A stretch of 64,000 bases of DNA from Candidatus Nanosyncoccus sp. (GCA_045587885.1 JAZNDC010000030.1:1628-65627), one strand, 5' to 3'. Numbered from the stretch's first letter, positions 28,901 through 38,982 are shown. Made by a program: numbers and translations. The notes: generated by a model from the letters alone, not told the origin.

Positions 28901-31900
28901 GAATATGTTGAAGCTGAAGACACTGAGAATGGCGGGTTTATTGGTTGGAATACTTACAATACGTATAATTATGCAACATATGCGACCGAGGCAGACGTTT
29001 TGAGTCTTGTACAGACACGTATGGAGAGTTCATATACTTCTACGACTGTTTATGCTGCGTATGGTAGATGGACGAACTTTACCTTTGATGCAAATGATGG
29101 TTCTGGTAACACTGAAACGCAAAGAATTCCGTATTCCAAGACTGAGAATCTCCGAAAGAATACGTTTACACGACAAGGTTATGACTTTTATGCATGGAAT
29201 GAAAAACCTGATGGTAGTGGAACGTTCTATACTGATGAACAAGCTTGGGCTGCAACGGCTACTGTTAATACAAATATTACTTTGTATGCGCAGTGGACAC
29301 CAAAAGCCGAGTATACTGTAAATTACCATAATGGTGAAGATGTAAATACGGTTAAATATAATTGTTGGGATGGTAGATATCTCAATAAGAAAATTGCTCA
29401 TTCTCCAAATGTTGACGATAGTGGTACAAAAGTAAGTGAGCTTAATACGTACTATGTAAGCAATAGTACGGTTATCACTATACCAAATGCGACGAGATTA
29501 CACGTAAAATTAACTTATGGTTCGACAAGTATAAACTATGGCTATGCAGTTATTTGGAAGGGGAATATGGGAACCAGTTATTCCGCATCTAGCTATTATA
29601 GCTACGGCGTGAAACTTGGTGATAATACTACGGGTAAATATGGTGGTACCGGTCCAGAAGGAGAAAATTTGGTAGTAGAAGGAGATATTGATGGCGATAC
29701 TATTACGGTTGGCTTCCATAATAGTTATAATGGTACAAACTATGCAAATGGCTACGGCTATTATCTTGAAGTAACGGTAGATCAGGGTACAATGCTTTGT
29801 GATGAGCAGCCAACTCAAGGCCAATATGTAGCACCGACTGGCGAAGAAAATGATGTGTTTACTGGATGGAGCTTTGATAGCACTGCTTCTCTTGGTAGCT
29901 ACATGGATGAGTCTGAGACAAAGGCAGCACTTACGACCGATAGTACTACTGTAGATGTATATGCAATTTGGGCAAAACCAACCATTGTAAGATTTGATAG
30001 TAATGGTGGTAATGGTACAATGGATGATGTGCTTCTAAAATATGGTGAAACGTTGGCAATGCCGCAAGCTACATTCACTAATGATGATGACGGTGCCGAA
30101 TTCTATCGATGGAACACGGCTGCAGATGATTCTGGTACGTTCTACTGGAAGAACAATGCATTTACGGCTACGAACCCTGCTGGTGAAATTTATACTGTGT
30201 ATGAAATATGGTGGATGCCAACGTACTATCATCTTGATGCGAATGGTGGTACCGGGGAAGAAATGCCTGTGATAAAAGTAAATAGAAGTGGCTCGTGTGG
30301 TAGAGCGCCAAGTGCAGATATGACTACGTATTCGATGGAAAATGCTAAATTGTATTCTTGGAATGAAAGTGCGGATGGAACTGGTACTGGATATTCATTC
30401 AATTCATCACTCTGCACTAAGAGCGTGGCGGGCGGTCATTATACACTTTATGCAATTTGGGGCCATGATACAATTATCCACTTTAATGCAAATGGCGGTC
30501 TTGGCGAAATGGCAGACTTCCATGCTCCATATGGTACAAGTAGCTATCTCCCAGATGTGGCGTTTGGTCGGTCTGGTGCGAAGTTTGATAAATGGAATAC
30601 GGCTGCAGATGAATCCGGAACACCTTATAACAACAAAGGATATTTCTATCCAAGTAAGATTGAGGGTGAAGAAATAACGCTTTATGCAATTTGGGGTTGG
30701 CCAGCTACGCTGCATTTTGAACCAAATGGTGGTGTAGGTGAAATGGAAGATATATATGTGCCATATGACCAAAACATTAATTTGCCTGCTGTGGGATATA
30801 GTAAAGAAGGGACAGTATTTGCATACTGGAATACGGCAGCAGATCATACTGGGCAAAGATACGATGATCAGGCTCAATATAATTCGCATAACACGGAATA
30901 CGTAGGGACATTGTATCTGTATGCAATTTGGGGATATCCGACATACTTCGTGTATCATGCTAATGGTGGGTCTGGTGATATGGCAACTCATAGGGTCGAT
31001 TGGAACAATACTTTTACTCTAGATACGAATACATTCACATATAGTGGTATGAAGTTTATTGGGTGGAACACTGAACCGGATGGAACTGGTAAAACATATA
31101 ATGATGAAGACGAGTACTTTACTGGCAATGTTGATGGGGAAACAGTGGATCTCTATGCGATTTGGGCACCAGCAAATGGGCCTCAACAGAATGTAGTTGG
31201 TCCAGGAGTCACGATTCAACGTGCATATGAGATTGCCTATACTGCTGCACATAAAGGAATGTACGAAGAACAACATGAAGGACAAGGTGATTATGCACTT
31301 GTGAATTCATGGCCTCCGACCAGCGAGCAGTATAAGGGGTATGACGTGAGATTTGCAATGCAAGATATGACTTCGGAAATTTGTAATAGTGTGACGGTGA
31401 TTTGGGATGATTATCAGGCGCTTGACGTACGCGATAATAAACTATACCACATTACCAAGATGAATGATGGGTCTTGTTGGATGACGCAAAACTTGGATTA
31501 CGATTTCAAATCTGATGGTAACGGTGGGGTAGTGCCACTTACGTCTGAGACGTCCGATTTGAATTTATATAATACAAGTCAGTACAACGCTTCTACTGGG
31601 TATAGCTATAACAATGGTGTGATCAGTTGGACTCCTTCACGCAAGACAACGGATGCAAGTAACGTAACAAATAACAGAATCAATGGAATATACGAAGACT
31701 TCTCTTTGACTAGCACAACTATACTTGCCACTCCATTCTCTGTTGATGTTGGAAACTGGTATTGGAAGTCTCATGACAATGATTTGGATTGGAGTTGTTC
31801 TTACTCGCCTAGTGGTGGATGCTCCGTTGTTATTGATGAAACTCAAGACAGAAGATACCTAAAGGGCGATGGGGTACCCGAATTCTTCCGAAAGAATAAT

Positions 31901-32458
31901 CCATATGATGAGAACGGCGAGCATGGCCACTTGGGCAACTACTATAACTGGACTGCGGCTGTGGCTACGAACAATGGGCAAACGTTTGATTATGATTCTA
32001 CCGATGAATGGAATTGGGAAACTGAACAGTATGAAAGTACATATGACTTAGATCTAAATGCAAAGAACTCGATTTGTCCAAAGGGATGGAGATTGCCTCG
32101 CCAGGATTATATGTATATGAATGAAAAGGGAGACGCATATAGTCTTTATAAAGTTCAATATGATACTAGTGAGGGTTGGTGGAATGCGAGAATGTATAAT
32201 GATCCATATTATGTAGTAAGAGCTGGCTATATTAGCACAGGAAACTCAGAAAACCCGTATGCTCAATTAAATAGCTCTGATTATGCTGCATATTTAAATA
32301 CAAGTGATTCTAGCCGTATATATCAAAAGATTGGTGAGCAGTTCGTTGTTTCATATGGCCATAATCTATTAGAGATGGATGGAAAAGAAGCATACTTAAC
32401 TGGTGTGGATATGATGGGTGGTAGTTCGTTAGCTTCTGTGAGATGTATTGCAAGGTAG
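25979..32458 (+). CDS. Giant surface protein (2159 aa): WxL-like module, InlB B-repeat/Listeria-Bacteroides repeats, two CUB-like domains, two FISUMP domains
   Basis: Many F(D/H)ANGGxG...F.GWNT.ADG.G..Y...LYA.W repeats; two D.RD...Y....L.DG..WM.QNL...YNW.AA...SICP.GWRLP...RC(V/I)AR domains; duplicated SH..NVDD.G...GDT...GF...GYGYY domains. Confidence 0.88.
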   Translation: MLRGHTFIGGFSQESSKMIGASKRLRISAYLSASFLLIFGLLAVFPVASSISDTNAAKKDLGQTTLAMTSSNFYANPKVTSANGTFSSTSTDITVSTDNYTGYTIGVAAATDDSDYSKLKSTDSELNSISSATSEADFSAAAGTSYNGLWGYKPSMLGSSSNTNYLPAPTFAGDELNKTNSPNEQADTYTISLGARADASTPYGRYENSFVIRTVANPIGVSFNYNKNTEDTVTNMPANIAASLSDEKIVVSDTVPVRSGYELIGWCDGATKHVLDVDYCDDDKLYEGGDDYYLDRSDASVAVDLYAMWKPTGANDFVCNPLATTISEAICMQDMNESVKASMTAEQQYRLYDNRDGKRYYVSKLADGNVWMTQNLDFVLNASMTLTHADTDLGWTKNDAAATWSPANDTLLDETLWPNSDTEAQSLKLTNRYYVPSNTKSIDKSYETLEECESVTGSKADCEHRQTGMIYNWTAAVATDNPSAEELNGNGTIAPDSICPAGWRLPYGARSGISSADHASDYGRLMYAYEFLPDPSANNYGGRPDTVIGQIGSSPLYFVRTGYIYGGDYGFEYKGEYGYYWSSTNAISGTSSGVNVFYYYASSYNPNSGQIGTEGYWSKYYGMPIRCVARNSATISFDANGGTGTMESMTIYGDVHLPENQFTKADKSFVGWNTEADGTGTGYSLGYETSLYYPLRDNPDDVTLYAQWEDKTSITYDGNEADSGSVETQYVDYSKSIEIAENGFTRDGYAFYGWNTAADGSGTDYDPGDTYTATVIEGENVTLYAKWRARTLHTVNYTGNGVTNSVVYSCHGGTYTITKYSHTQNVDDTGLKLSNYGGSWTEANITGTDRGDTSKAHVVTIPGATTLNVKIYYNGESTSYDWVSVWRGSHPEYTAKNDYNSTGNVWQKLGGSQSGSYTVNGNSLTNVGYSSTNISGDTVTFGFRSDSGVYGQGYGYYAIITGTANDFTCDVEEGEYVEAEDTENGGFIGWNTYNTYNYATYATEADVLSLVQTRMESSYTSTTVYAAYGRWTNFTFDANDGSGNTETQRIPYSKTENLRKNTFTRQGYDFYAWNEKPDGSGTFYTDEQAWAATATVNTNITLYAQWTPKAEYTVNYHNGEDVNTVKYNCWDGRYLNKKIAHSPNVDDSGTKVSELNTYYVSNSTVITIPNATRLHVKLTYGSTSINYGYAVIWKGNMGTSYSASSYYSYGVKLGDNTTGKYGGTGPEGENLVVEGDIDGDTITVGFHNSYNGTNYANGYGYYLEVTVDQGTMLCDEQPTQGQYVAPTGEENDVFTGWSFDSTASLGSYMDESETKAALTTDSTTVDVYAIWAKPTIVRFDSNGGNGTMDDVLLKYGETLAMPQATFTNDDDGAEFYRWNTAADDSGTFYWKNNAFTATNPAGEIYTVYEIWWMPTYYHLDANGGTGEEMPVIKVNRSGSCGRAPSADMTTYSMENAKLYSWNESADGTGTGYSFNSSLCTKSVAGGHYTLYAIWGHDTIIHFNANGGLGEMADFHAPYGTSSYLPDVAFGRSGAKFDKWNTAADESGTPYNNKGYFYPSKIEGEEITLYAIWGWPATLHFEPNGGVGEMEDIYVPYDQNINLPAVGYSKEGTVFAYWNTAADHTGQRYDDQAQYNSHNTEYVGTLYLYAIWGYPTYFVYHANGGSGDMATHRVDWNNTFTLDTNTFTYSGMKFIGWNTEPDGTGKTYNDEDEYFTGNVDGETVDLYAIWAPANGPQQNVVGPGVTIQRAYEIAYTAAHKGMYEEQHEGQGDYALVNSWPPTSEQYKGYDVRFAMQDMTSEICNSVTVIWDDYQALDVRDNKLYHITKMNDGSCWMTQNLDYDFKSDGNGGVVPLTSETSDLNLYNTSQYNASTGYSYNNGVISWTPSRKTTDASNVTNNRINGIYEDFSLTSTTILATPFSVDVGNWYWKSHDNDLDWSCSYSPSGGCSVVIDETQDRRYLKGDGVPEFFRKNNPYDENGEHGHLGNYYNWTAAVATNNGQTFDYDSTDEWNWETEQYESTYDLDLNAKNSICPKGWRLPRQDYMYMNEKGDAYSLYKVQYDTSEGWWNARMYNDPYYVVRAGYISTGNSENPYAQLNSSDYAAYLNTSDSSRIYQKIGEQFVVSYGHNLLEMDGKEAYLTGVDMMGGSSLASVRCIAR

Positions 32459-32491
32459 ATTGACATGAGCGGGATGTGTTATAATAAAAGT

Positions 32492-34150
32492 ATGAAAGAG
32501 AGGCTTGGTATACTATTTGGTGTTGGCGCTGCGATGCTAACGATTGCTGGCTGTGGAATGGCAAGTGCAGTAGAGAAGGTGACTGACTTTGTAGTAGATA
32601 TTGATCCACAAGCTATGTTAGTGGTGCCGGCTGAGCCAGTAATACTTTCGATTACTCCGAGCGAAAATGGTACTTTTGACAAAGCATCGTTTGATGTATA
32701 TGCCTCTACTAATAGCAAAAATGGTTATACTCTTACTATTCAAACTAACAAAACTCAACTTGAGTCGACCTATGCGGATGCAAATACTGGTATTGCACCA
32801 AAGATTCCAGCCATGTCTTATGTGAGTGGCGGCATGACTGAAAATGAGTTTAGCGCATCTAGTGATAGCCAAAACGTGTTGAATCACTGGGGGATTTCGA
32901 TTGACGATACCGATAGTTTCAATCCAGTTCAAAATTCTCGTGTAGTAAAAACTACGGCAACTGCAGCATCTAATGACAAAACTACGGTAAATGTGGCAGC
33001 AAAGGTAAATACGGATGTGGCATTTGGTAATTATGCTACTACGATAAATTTTATGCTTACACCGAATATTAATAACGACCCGCGCGGTGTGTCTGGTGGT
33101 TCTATCGACACTCCATCTGGCAATGGCGGCAATTATCGTGCTAATTCGCTTGGGCGCTCATACGAGATTTACTATAATGATGTTTTGCAAAAATCTATTT
33201 ATGTGAAGGATGATTCGACCCCGGAAGGTTACCATGCTTTGCGCGATGGTGAGGATACTACTGGCAAGGGACTTTACTTTGCGATGCAGGATATGAATTC
33301 GACTATCTGCAGTAGAGCTACGGTGGTGCCTGATCAATTGCAAGTAATGGACCTTCGTGATGCAAAAGTTTATTGGATTGCAAAACTTGCCGATGGTAAA
33401 TGTTGGATGACACAGAATTTGGATTTGAATCTTTCTACTAACGTAACACTTACTCCGGCAAATACTGATATTAGACGTAATTGGACCCCAAGTTTCACGA
33501 CATTAAACTATGATGGTAAAATTGTGAACTCTACATATATTTATGAATGGGCTAACAATTATTCTAGTTATAGTATTCCGTATTCGTTAGATATGGGTGA
33601 TTGGTATTGGATTGGTAACTGGGATGATAACGGTAATAACACTTGGTATTATAGTACTACGGACTATTTCTTTGAAGGGCAGGTTGGTAGTCCAGCAAAG
33701 TTTAAGTATAAAGAGCCGTTTACTGGTAATGGTGAACATGGCCATGTAGGAAATTATTATTCGTTTACTGCTGCAGTAGCAATGAATGATACCGGTACGC
33801 TTGATAATGTAGAAGTCGATCAGTCCATTTGCCCAGCACATTGGACTTTACCAAAATATGCAGACTATTCTAATGATTCAGAGAATAATTATGTGTATAA
33901 TTTGATGCAAGCACATAGTGTAGACACCAGCAATGATAGGAGTACGACTGCTGCACCGTTCTATTTTGTAAGAGCTGGGTATGCTGACTCATCATTTTCT
34001 AATACGGGCTATAATGGTTATTATTGGACAAATCATTCATCTAGTTCGAGCAGTGCGTATTACTATTATCATAGTAGCAGCTCGTTCTATGCACAGGGTA
34101 GCACGTTAAGTAAATATTACAGGGCATCGGTACGATGTGTAGCGAGGTAA
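32492..34150 (+). CDS. Secreted FISUMP-domain protein
   Basis: Signal peptide, N-terminal module with HWGISI, FAMQDM, DLRDAKVYWIAKLADGKCWMTQNL, SICPAHWTLP, SVRCVAR. Confidence 0.85.
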   Translation: MKERLGILFGVGAAMLTIAGCGMASAVEKVTDFVVDIDPQAMLVVPAEPVILSITPSENGTFDKASFDVYASTNSKNGYTLTIQTNKTQLESTYADANTGIAPKIPAMSYVSGGMTENEFSASSDSQNVLNHWGISIDDTDSFNPVQNSRVVKTTATAASNDKTTVNVAAKVNTDVAFGNYATTINFMLTPNINNDPRGVSGGSIDTPSGNGGNYRANSLGRSYEIYYNDVLQKSIYVKDDSTPEGYHALRDGEDTTGKGLYFAMQDMNSTICSRATVVPDQLQVMDLRDAKVYWIAKLADGKCWMTQNLDLNLSTNVTLTPANTDIRRNWTPSFTTLNYDGKIVNSTYIYEWANNYSSYSIPYSLDMGDWYWIGNWDDNGNNTWYYSTTDYFFEGQVGSPAKFKYKEPFTGNGEHGHVGNYYSFTAAVAMNDTGTLDNVEVDQSICPAHWTLPKYADYSNDSENNYVYNLMQAHSVDTSNDRSTTAAPFYFVRAGYADSSFSNTGYNGYYWTNHSSSSSSAYYYYHSSSSFYAQGSTLSKYYRASVRCVAR

Positions 34151-34154
34151 AACG

Positions 34155-35939
34155 ATGAAAAGAAACGCTCTTTTGGGATTACTAGCAATAATAATACTAG
34201 GATGTATGGTACAGACTGGGGCTTTTGCTGAAGGGAAAGATGTAGAGCTTAGGATTGGCTCGTCTGTGTCGCTTTCTGTGCCAGAAAGCACTAATCTAGA
34301 GATTATGGCTGCCGGTGCTGGTACTTTTGGTAGTACATATTTTGACGTAACGGCCTCTACAAATAGCGAGCATGGTTATACGCTCACTATGTCTACTGAC
34401 AAGACTTATCTAGAATCTGAAACTATCGACCCTGCTACTGGTGATAATGCTGTAATTGAGGCAATTCCATATGTGTCTGGCGGTATAACGGCAGATGCAT
34501 TTAGTGCTACTACCGATAGTAATATACTAAATCACTGGGGGATTTCGATTGGTAATACCACTTCTTATAATCCGATTGCGCTTTCTGCAGTTATTAAGGA
34601 AACAAGTGAAGAAGTGACTGGTGATGTAACTCGTATAAATTTGGCATCAAAAGCAACTTCTGCTCTTGTGCCTGCTACATATACTACCAAAATGAACTTC
34701 CAATTGGTGGCAAATGTGGTGGAACCAGACGAAGGAACAGAATTTTTGTGTTCTGATAGTACCTGTTCTGAGGATGCGACTGATGTAACAAAATCTTCTA
34801 CGCACCTGGATGGGCGTAATAATAATGTGACTTACGCGGGCGGAACTTTTGCACGTGCATTTGAGGTGGTATATGTAAATGCTGATAAGAGTATGTACAT
34901 TCCAGCAAGAAATACTGACACTGGTGAATATACTGGTGAGTACAAAGAGGCTAGCATCGGTAGGGATTATTTGGGGCTAGCTGCATCTGATTATAGATTT
35001 GCAATGCAAGATATGACTTCGGCGATCTGTGATGCTGTAACAGTGGAGCACGACTCTTTGCAGCTTCTTGATATCCGTGATGGTAAGTCTTATTGGGTAA
35101 CAAAGCTTAATGATGGCCATTGTTGGATGACGCAAGATTTGGCGCTTACACTTAGCAAAGACACTGCCCTCGATTCTACTACTTCGGATTTGAACTCTTA
35201 CGGTGCTAAGGGGTACACTGCAGACTGGGGCTATACTAGTAATAATGGTGTGATTACTTGGACACCAAATAGGAATATGCGCGAAGCAACATATACAGAA
35301 AGAGGATACTTGGCGGAAAAATATGATGGTTATCAGTATTATTCTCCATCTTCGGTAAATGTATGGGCTAGGAATATTTATCAAGTTGACGAATATTTCT
35401 ATCACTATACTTGTGATTATCTAGTAGGGCCATACAAATGTATTGATTACTTTATTGGAAATCCGGAGACTAAGAATGAGCATAGGCGCATGGGCAATTA
35501 TTATAACTGGTCTGCGGCAGTAGCTAATAATAATACGGCGGAATATACTTCTAGTACAATGGGTGATATTTCTAATAACCCGCAAAACTCAATTTGTCCA
35601 AAGGGTTGGAGGCTTCCGACGGTGGCTGGCGCTGATCCGACTGTGGCTGGCTCGACTGATGAATTCCAGAGGCTAAGAAAAGTTTATAGCGAAGAAGGTG
35701 ATGCCGAAGATCAGGTGTTTGTAGAGGCCCCACTCTACTTTAACCGAGGTGGCGTTATTAGTGATAGCTGTGGTTCGAGCGGCGAGGAATGCTTGAATTA
35801 TGCTGGATATAATGTGGAATATTGGTCTAGCACAGTTTACAATAATTACAGCGCATATACAATGTATGGTCATACTGCTACTGCGACATCTTCTTACAAC
35901 AGAAGTCAGCTACTTTTGGTTCGCTGCGTGGCGCGATAA
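34155..35939 (+). CDS. Secreted FISUMP-domain protein
   Basis: Same architecture as upstream paralogue (HWGISI, FAMQDM, KLNDGHCWMTQDL, SICPKGWRLP, VRCVAR). Confidence 0.85.
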   Translation: MKRNALLGLLAIIILGCMVQTGAFAEGKDVELRIGSSVSLSVPESTNLEIMAAGAGTFGSTYFDVTASTNSEHGYTLTMSTDKTYLESETIDPATGDNAVIEAIPYVSGGITADAFSATTDSNILNHWGISIGNTTSYNPIALSAVIKETSEEVTGDVTRINLASKATSALVPATYTTKMNFQLVANVVEPDEGTEFLCSDSTCSEDATDVTKSSTHLDGRNNNVTYAGGTFARAFEVVYVNADKSMYIPARNTDTGEYTGEYKEASIGRDYLGLAASDYRFAMQDMTSAICDAVTVEHDSLQLLDIRDGKSYWVTKLNDGHCWMTQDLALTLSKDTALDSTTSDLNSYGAKGYTADWGYTSNNGVITWTPNRNMREATYTERGYLAEKYDGYQYYSPSSVNVWARNIYQVDEYFYHYTCDYLVGPYKCIDYFIGNPETKNEHRRMGNYYNWSAAVANNNTAEYTSSTMGDISNNPQNSICPKGWRLPTVAGADPTVAGSTDEFQRLRKVYSEEGDAEDQVFVEAPLYFNRGGVISDSCGSSGEECLNYAGYNVEYWSSTVYNNYSAYTMYGHTATATSSYNRSQLLLVRCVAR

Positions 35940-36017
35940 ATCGCCCAGTGCTCTCTAGACTTTACTTTTTACCAGATAAGTGGTAGAATTATAGGAATAA
36001 TTAAAGGATATACATAA

Positions 36018-36698
36018 ATGGCTGAATATAAGTTGGCGCTTGATAAGCGTGAATTAACCGGGAAAAAATTGAAAAGTCTAAGAGAAAAAGGCTTCATCCC
36101 ATCTGTTGTCTATGGCGGCAAAGAGCCAGTACTAGCTGCTTCTGAATATGTTGCTACCGAAAAGGTACTCGAAGGCGCTGGTTACCACTCTCCAATCGAT
36201 CTAGACATCGCTAGCAAGAAATCTCTTGCTATTGTAAAGAATGTAGCTATCGATCCAGTTTCTCGTAAGATTTTGAACGTAGAGTTCCAAGCAATTAAGG
36301 CAAACGAAGTTGTAGAGGCTACTACCCCTATCGTAATCGTAAATTTTGAGGCATCTGATGCTTCCAAGCTTTACCACTTTGCTATGACTCAAGCAATTGA
36401 GGAAATCGATGTAAAGGCAAAACCTGCCGACCTTCCAAAAGAGCTCGAGATTGATGCTTCTAAACTTGCTACCGTTGAAGACAAAATCGTGATTTCTGAC
36501 CTCGTACTCCCAGAAGGCGTAGTACTTGCTGACAAGGAAATCGACCCAGAACAGGTAATCGCATCGCTATACGATCCAGCTGCTGAGGCTGCTGCTCGTG
36601 AAGCTGAAACTGAAGAAGAAGCTGTAGACGCTGCTGATGTTCCAGCTGACAATGGTTCTAAGCCAGAAGAAGCCCCAGCTGAAGAAAAAGCTGAATAA
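36018..36698 (+). CDS. rplY: 50S ribosomal protein L25/Ctc
   Basis: LREKGFIPSVVYG, DPVSRKILNVEF, PADLPKELEIDASKL, acidic tail. Confidence 0.92.
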   Translation: MAEYKLALDKRELTGKKLKSLREKGFIPSVVYGGKEPVLAASEYVATEKVLEGAGYHSPIDLDIASKKSLAIVKNVAIDPVSRKILNVEFQAIKANEVVEATTPIVIVNFEASDASKLYHFAMTQAIEEIDVKAKPADLPKELEIDASKLATVEDKIVISDLVLPEGVVLADKEIDPEQVIASLYDPAAEAAAREAETEEEAVDAADVPADNGSKPEEAPAEEKAE

Positions 36699-36852
36699 TC
36701 TTAGTTTAGATTCTGCGAAAATCCCCTTGTAGTAGAGGGGATTTTTGTTGGTGTCAGGGGTAGGCTGGACAAAATGGCGATTTTGTGGTATAATCAGCTT
36801 AAGGAGTATTCTCTGTACCTTTATTTTTGCTAATCAGAAAGGGGGCGATCTT

Positions 36853-37140
36853 ATGATTAGTAAAGAGGAATTGCTCTTTTTAAAGGAAGAGCGAAAAGTT
36901 ATGGTTGCCTCCAGGGATGAGGCAAAGTACGACTATATCGAAGCTTCCAAAGCGTTTGATAGTGCTGACAGAAAGAACTATCGAGAACGTCTGGCGGAAG
37001 TTAGATATAAGAGAGAAATATATTATTGGTTTGACTATCAAGTCAAAGAATTGACACGTAAAATCAATAATAACTACCGGGACTTATGGAATAATCCAAA
37101 ACCAAGGTCTAAGGTAGAAAAAAGAAGAAAAAAGAAATAA
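36853..37140 (+). CDS. Hypothetical basic protein (95 aa)
   Basis: Own TGGTATAAT promoter, GAAAGGGGG SD, convergent terminator at ~37153-37182. Confidence 0.6.
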   Translation: MISKEELLFLKEERKVMVASRDEAKYDYIEASKAFDSADRKNYRERLAEVRYKREIYYWFDYQVKELTRKINNNYRDLWNNPKPRSKVEKRRKKK

Positions 37141-37180
37141 GAGAATACTCAAAAAAGGCCGGCGGGATATCGTCGGCTTT

Positions 37181-38962
37181 TTACTTCAAGGCATCGGTAT
37201 TGGCGATGAGGCGGTCACGGAAGGCGGTGCGAGCGGCGTCTGCGTTGGCGTTGTCGCCTTTCCAGGTGAAGAGGGCTGGATCTTGCAGAGCACGGGCAAA
37301 GGAGAAGGTAACTGGCCAAGGGAATGGGCCGTTTTTTGTGACTTCGGCGAGGTTTTCGGTGGCTTGCTCGACGGTTTGGCCACCAGAGAGGAATACTACA
37401 CCGGCAAGGTCGGACGGAACGTGGTTTCTGAGCACTGTGGCGGTGGTAATACCGACTTCTGCTGGGGTAGATTGGACTTCAAATTTTTTGCCGGCGAGCA
37501 CCATGTTTACTTTGAGAATACACGCACGGAGGTCGACGTTAAACTTGTTTAGGTGTTCAAAGAGACAATCGAGGATTTTGCCGGTGATTTCGGCTGATTT
37601 CTCGATTGGGTAATAGCCATCGTAGACTACCTCTGGCTCTACGATAGGGACGATACCGGCGGATTGGCATTTTTTGGCGTATTCGGCGAGGATACGGGAA
37701 TTTTCGATGACGTTTTCGGCAGAAGGAGTGACAATGCCGCCGTCTTCATTTAAGGTAAGGTTAAATGCGGCGCGCCATTTAGCAAAACGGAGCCCCATCG
37801 CGTAGTATTCGCGGAGACGGGTTTCGAGGCCGTCGAGGCCTTTGGTGACGTTTTCGAGCTCGGAACCATTGAACGGCTCAAGGCCTTGGTCTACTTTGAT
37901 ACCAGGGATAATGCGTTTACTAGTGAGAAAATCGACGTAAGTTTCGCCACTTGCGGCGTAGTCACGGGCAGTTTCATCAAAGAGAATGACACCATTGACA
38001 TAATTCTCGAGATTTGGGGTAGTAAAGAAGATGTCTCTATAACTGTGACGGTTTTCAAAGGTATCTTCTATATTTAGCTGAGCGAATTTTTTCTTGATGG
38101 ACCCACCAGATTCGTCTGCGGCGAGGATACCTTTTGGTTTTAAGACGAGGCTTGCGGCGATTAGTTCGAGATTGTCGGCGTCGCTGGTGTTTGAAGCTAG
38201 TTTTTCAAGCTCGCTAAGTGACAAAACAGAGGAAAGAGTGGCGTTTTCGACATTGATTTTGGCAAGACGAAAACTTTCCTCGGTGGTTTTGCCAAGGACA
38301 AAACATCCAAGGATGGTAGAGCAAATAATAGAGTAGGCAGATAGATGAGTAAGAGTGTCAATACGAGGGGTATTGATAGTTTCGGAGATGTCGCCAGTGG
38401 AGATTTGGTTTTCGGAAACACGGATAATTTTATCCTGTGGAAAACTTTCTGGAACAGAAGTATTGTTTTCCACAAAAGCCAAATCCGCGGAATTTAACAG
38501 AGAAGAAATTGCGGGATTTAACGAATCTTTTAAATAAATGACTAATTTTGTGGCTGTGGAAAACTCTAGGTATTGCTGAATTTTCGAAGCGGTTTCTTTG
38601 GTGATTTCGGCGGAACGATCTACGAAAATATAATCTATTGGGTCTTCTGGCTCATAGAAAATGGTTGATTTTTTGGTTTCTGGGACGAAATAAGAGACGC
38701 CGCCGTCGGCGACAAGGATATAGCGATAAGTGATGTCGTCTTCGTCGTAGTCTAAAGAGGCGGAAAGGCCAAGATTATTGAGCACGTCCAGAGAGACGGC
38801 AGCGCCAGCAAAACTACTATTACGGCTAAAATAGTGATGCATGGAAGCGTTAAAACTGAGGTCGAGCCAGTTTACGCTGTTTTTGTCGAGCTCAAAACCT
38901 TTTCTGGTGTCGAGATTAAGATAAACGTCCTTTAGGACATTGCCCACTATCAAAATATTCAT
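37181..38962 (-). CDS. fba: Fusion: degenerate PfkB/ribokinase-like domain + class I fructose-bisphosphate aldolase
   Basis: C-terminal KGILAADES, GIKVDQG, FAKWRA, VPIVEPEV, LKVNMV, VVFLSGGQ, TFSFARALQ; N-terminal ILIVGNVLKDVY PfkB-like start. Confidence 0.88.
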   Translation of the reverse strand: MNILIVGNVLKDVYLNLDTRKGFELDKNSVNWLDLSFNASMHHYFSRNSSFAGAAVSLDVLNNLGLSASLDYDEDDITYRYILVADGGVSYFVPETKKSTIFYEPEDPIDYIFVDRSAEITKETASKIQQYLEFSTATKLVIYLKDSLNPAISSLLNSADLAFVENNTSVPESFPQDKIIRVSENQISTGDISETINTPRIDTLTHLSAYSIICSTILGCFVLGKTTEESFRLAKINVENATLSSVLSLSELEKLASNTSDADNLELIAASLVLKPKGILAADESGGSIKKKFAQLNIEDTFENRHSYRDIFFTTPNLENYVNGVILFDETARDYAASGETYVDFLTSKRIIPGIKVDQGLEPFNGSELENVTKGLDGLETRLREYYAMGLRFAKWRAAFNLTLNEDGGIVTPSAENVIENSRILAEYAKKCQSAGIVPIVEPEVVYDGYYPIEKSAEITGKILDCLFEHLNKFNVDLRACILKVNMVLAGKKFEVQSTPAEVGITTATVLRNHVPSDLAGVVFLSGGQTVEQATENLAEVTKNGPFPWPVTFSFARALQDPALFTWKGDNANADAARTAFRDRLIANTDALK

Positions 38963-38982
38963 AAGCTTATTATATCATAAAA

